A DNA stretch of 64,000 bases from Podarcis bocagei (lineage: Eukaryota). A model generated the notes under the pieces. It worked only from the letters and a program-made list of their open reading frames with translations. It was not told the origin of the DNA and searched no databases. The position numbers and the translations under genes were made by a program. Below are positions 63,770-64,000 of the stretch, piece after piece (the first letter of the stretch is position 1; every line of letters begins with the position of its first letter). The stretch lies in assembly GCA_964188305.1 (NCBI GenBank), contig OZ076885.1. One strand, written 5' to 3'.

Positions 63770-64000
63770 GATCGTCCAAGGAAACTGAATAGTGGGGGAT
63801 TCCAGACAGACAAAATGAATTACTTATTCACACATCACATATGGAATTTGCTACCACAAAATGTGGGAATGGCCACCAATTTGGACAAGCTTTAAAAATT
63901 ATTTAGACAAATTCATGGAGGGCAAGGCTATTACAGGCTGCTAGTCATGATACTACCTTCTGAAGCAAAGGCAGCATGCCTCTGAATATCAGTTACTGGA
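63770..64000 (+). mobile_element. CR1 LINE 3' fragment
   Basis: ATGGAATTTGCTACCACAA...TTAGACAAATTCATGGAGG, homologous to 19840-20060. Confidence 0.75.

Noticed and set aside
61016-64000. Brain-type SLC4A3 upstream exons or definite cardiac promoter motifs
   Set aside because: No AE3-like translation found, and no convincing CArG, MEF2 or TATA arrangement by eye.

Overview
Vertebrate genomic DNA from a squamate reptile, probably a lacertid lizard, judged from Sauria SINEs, Bov-B, CR1, Penelope-type fragments and squamate MITEs. Three genes are supportable from the sequence. (1) The first two coding exons of a myosin-X-like gene on the minus strand (MDPQLQE at 16749-16769, GTRVWLQEQD...DYGE at 145-243), driven from a CpG island at about 16.4-17.3 kb and running off the left edge. 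(2) An uncharacterised plus-strand gene of about 427 aa or more, with a helical N-terminal region and a C-terminal coiled coil (main exon 32649-33852, last coding exon 34104-34190), possibly transcribed divergently from the same CpG island. (3) The anion exchanger SLC4A3/AE3 on the minus strand: 17 shared exons (39868-54998) plus a candidate cardiac-type alternative first exon (60787-61015), which splice into a 3090-nt, 1029-aa ORF. The rest is introns and intergenic DNA rich in transposon fragments, including a Penelope-type insert with an apparently intact minimal hammerhead ribozyme core (36560-36597). All family assignments come from manual reading and recall; no database search was run.
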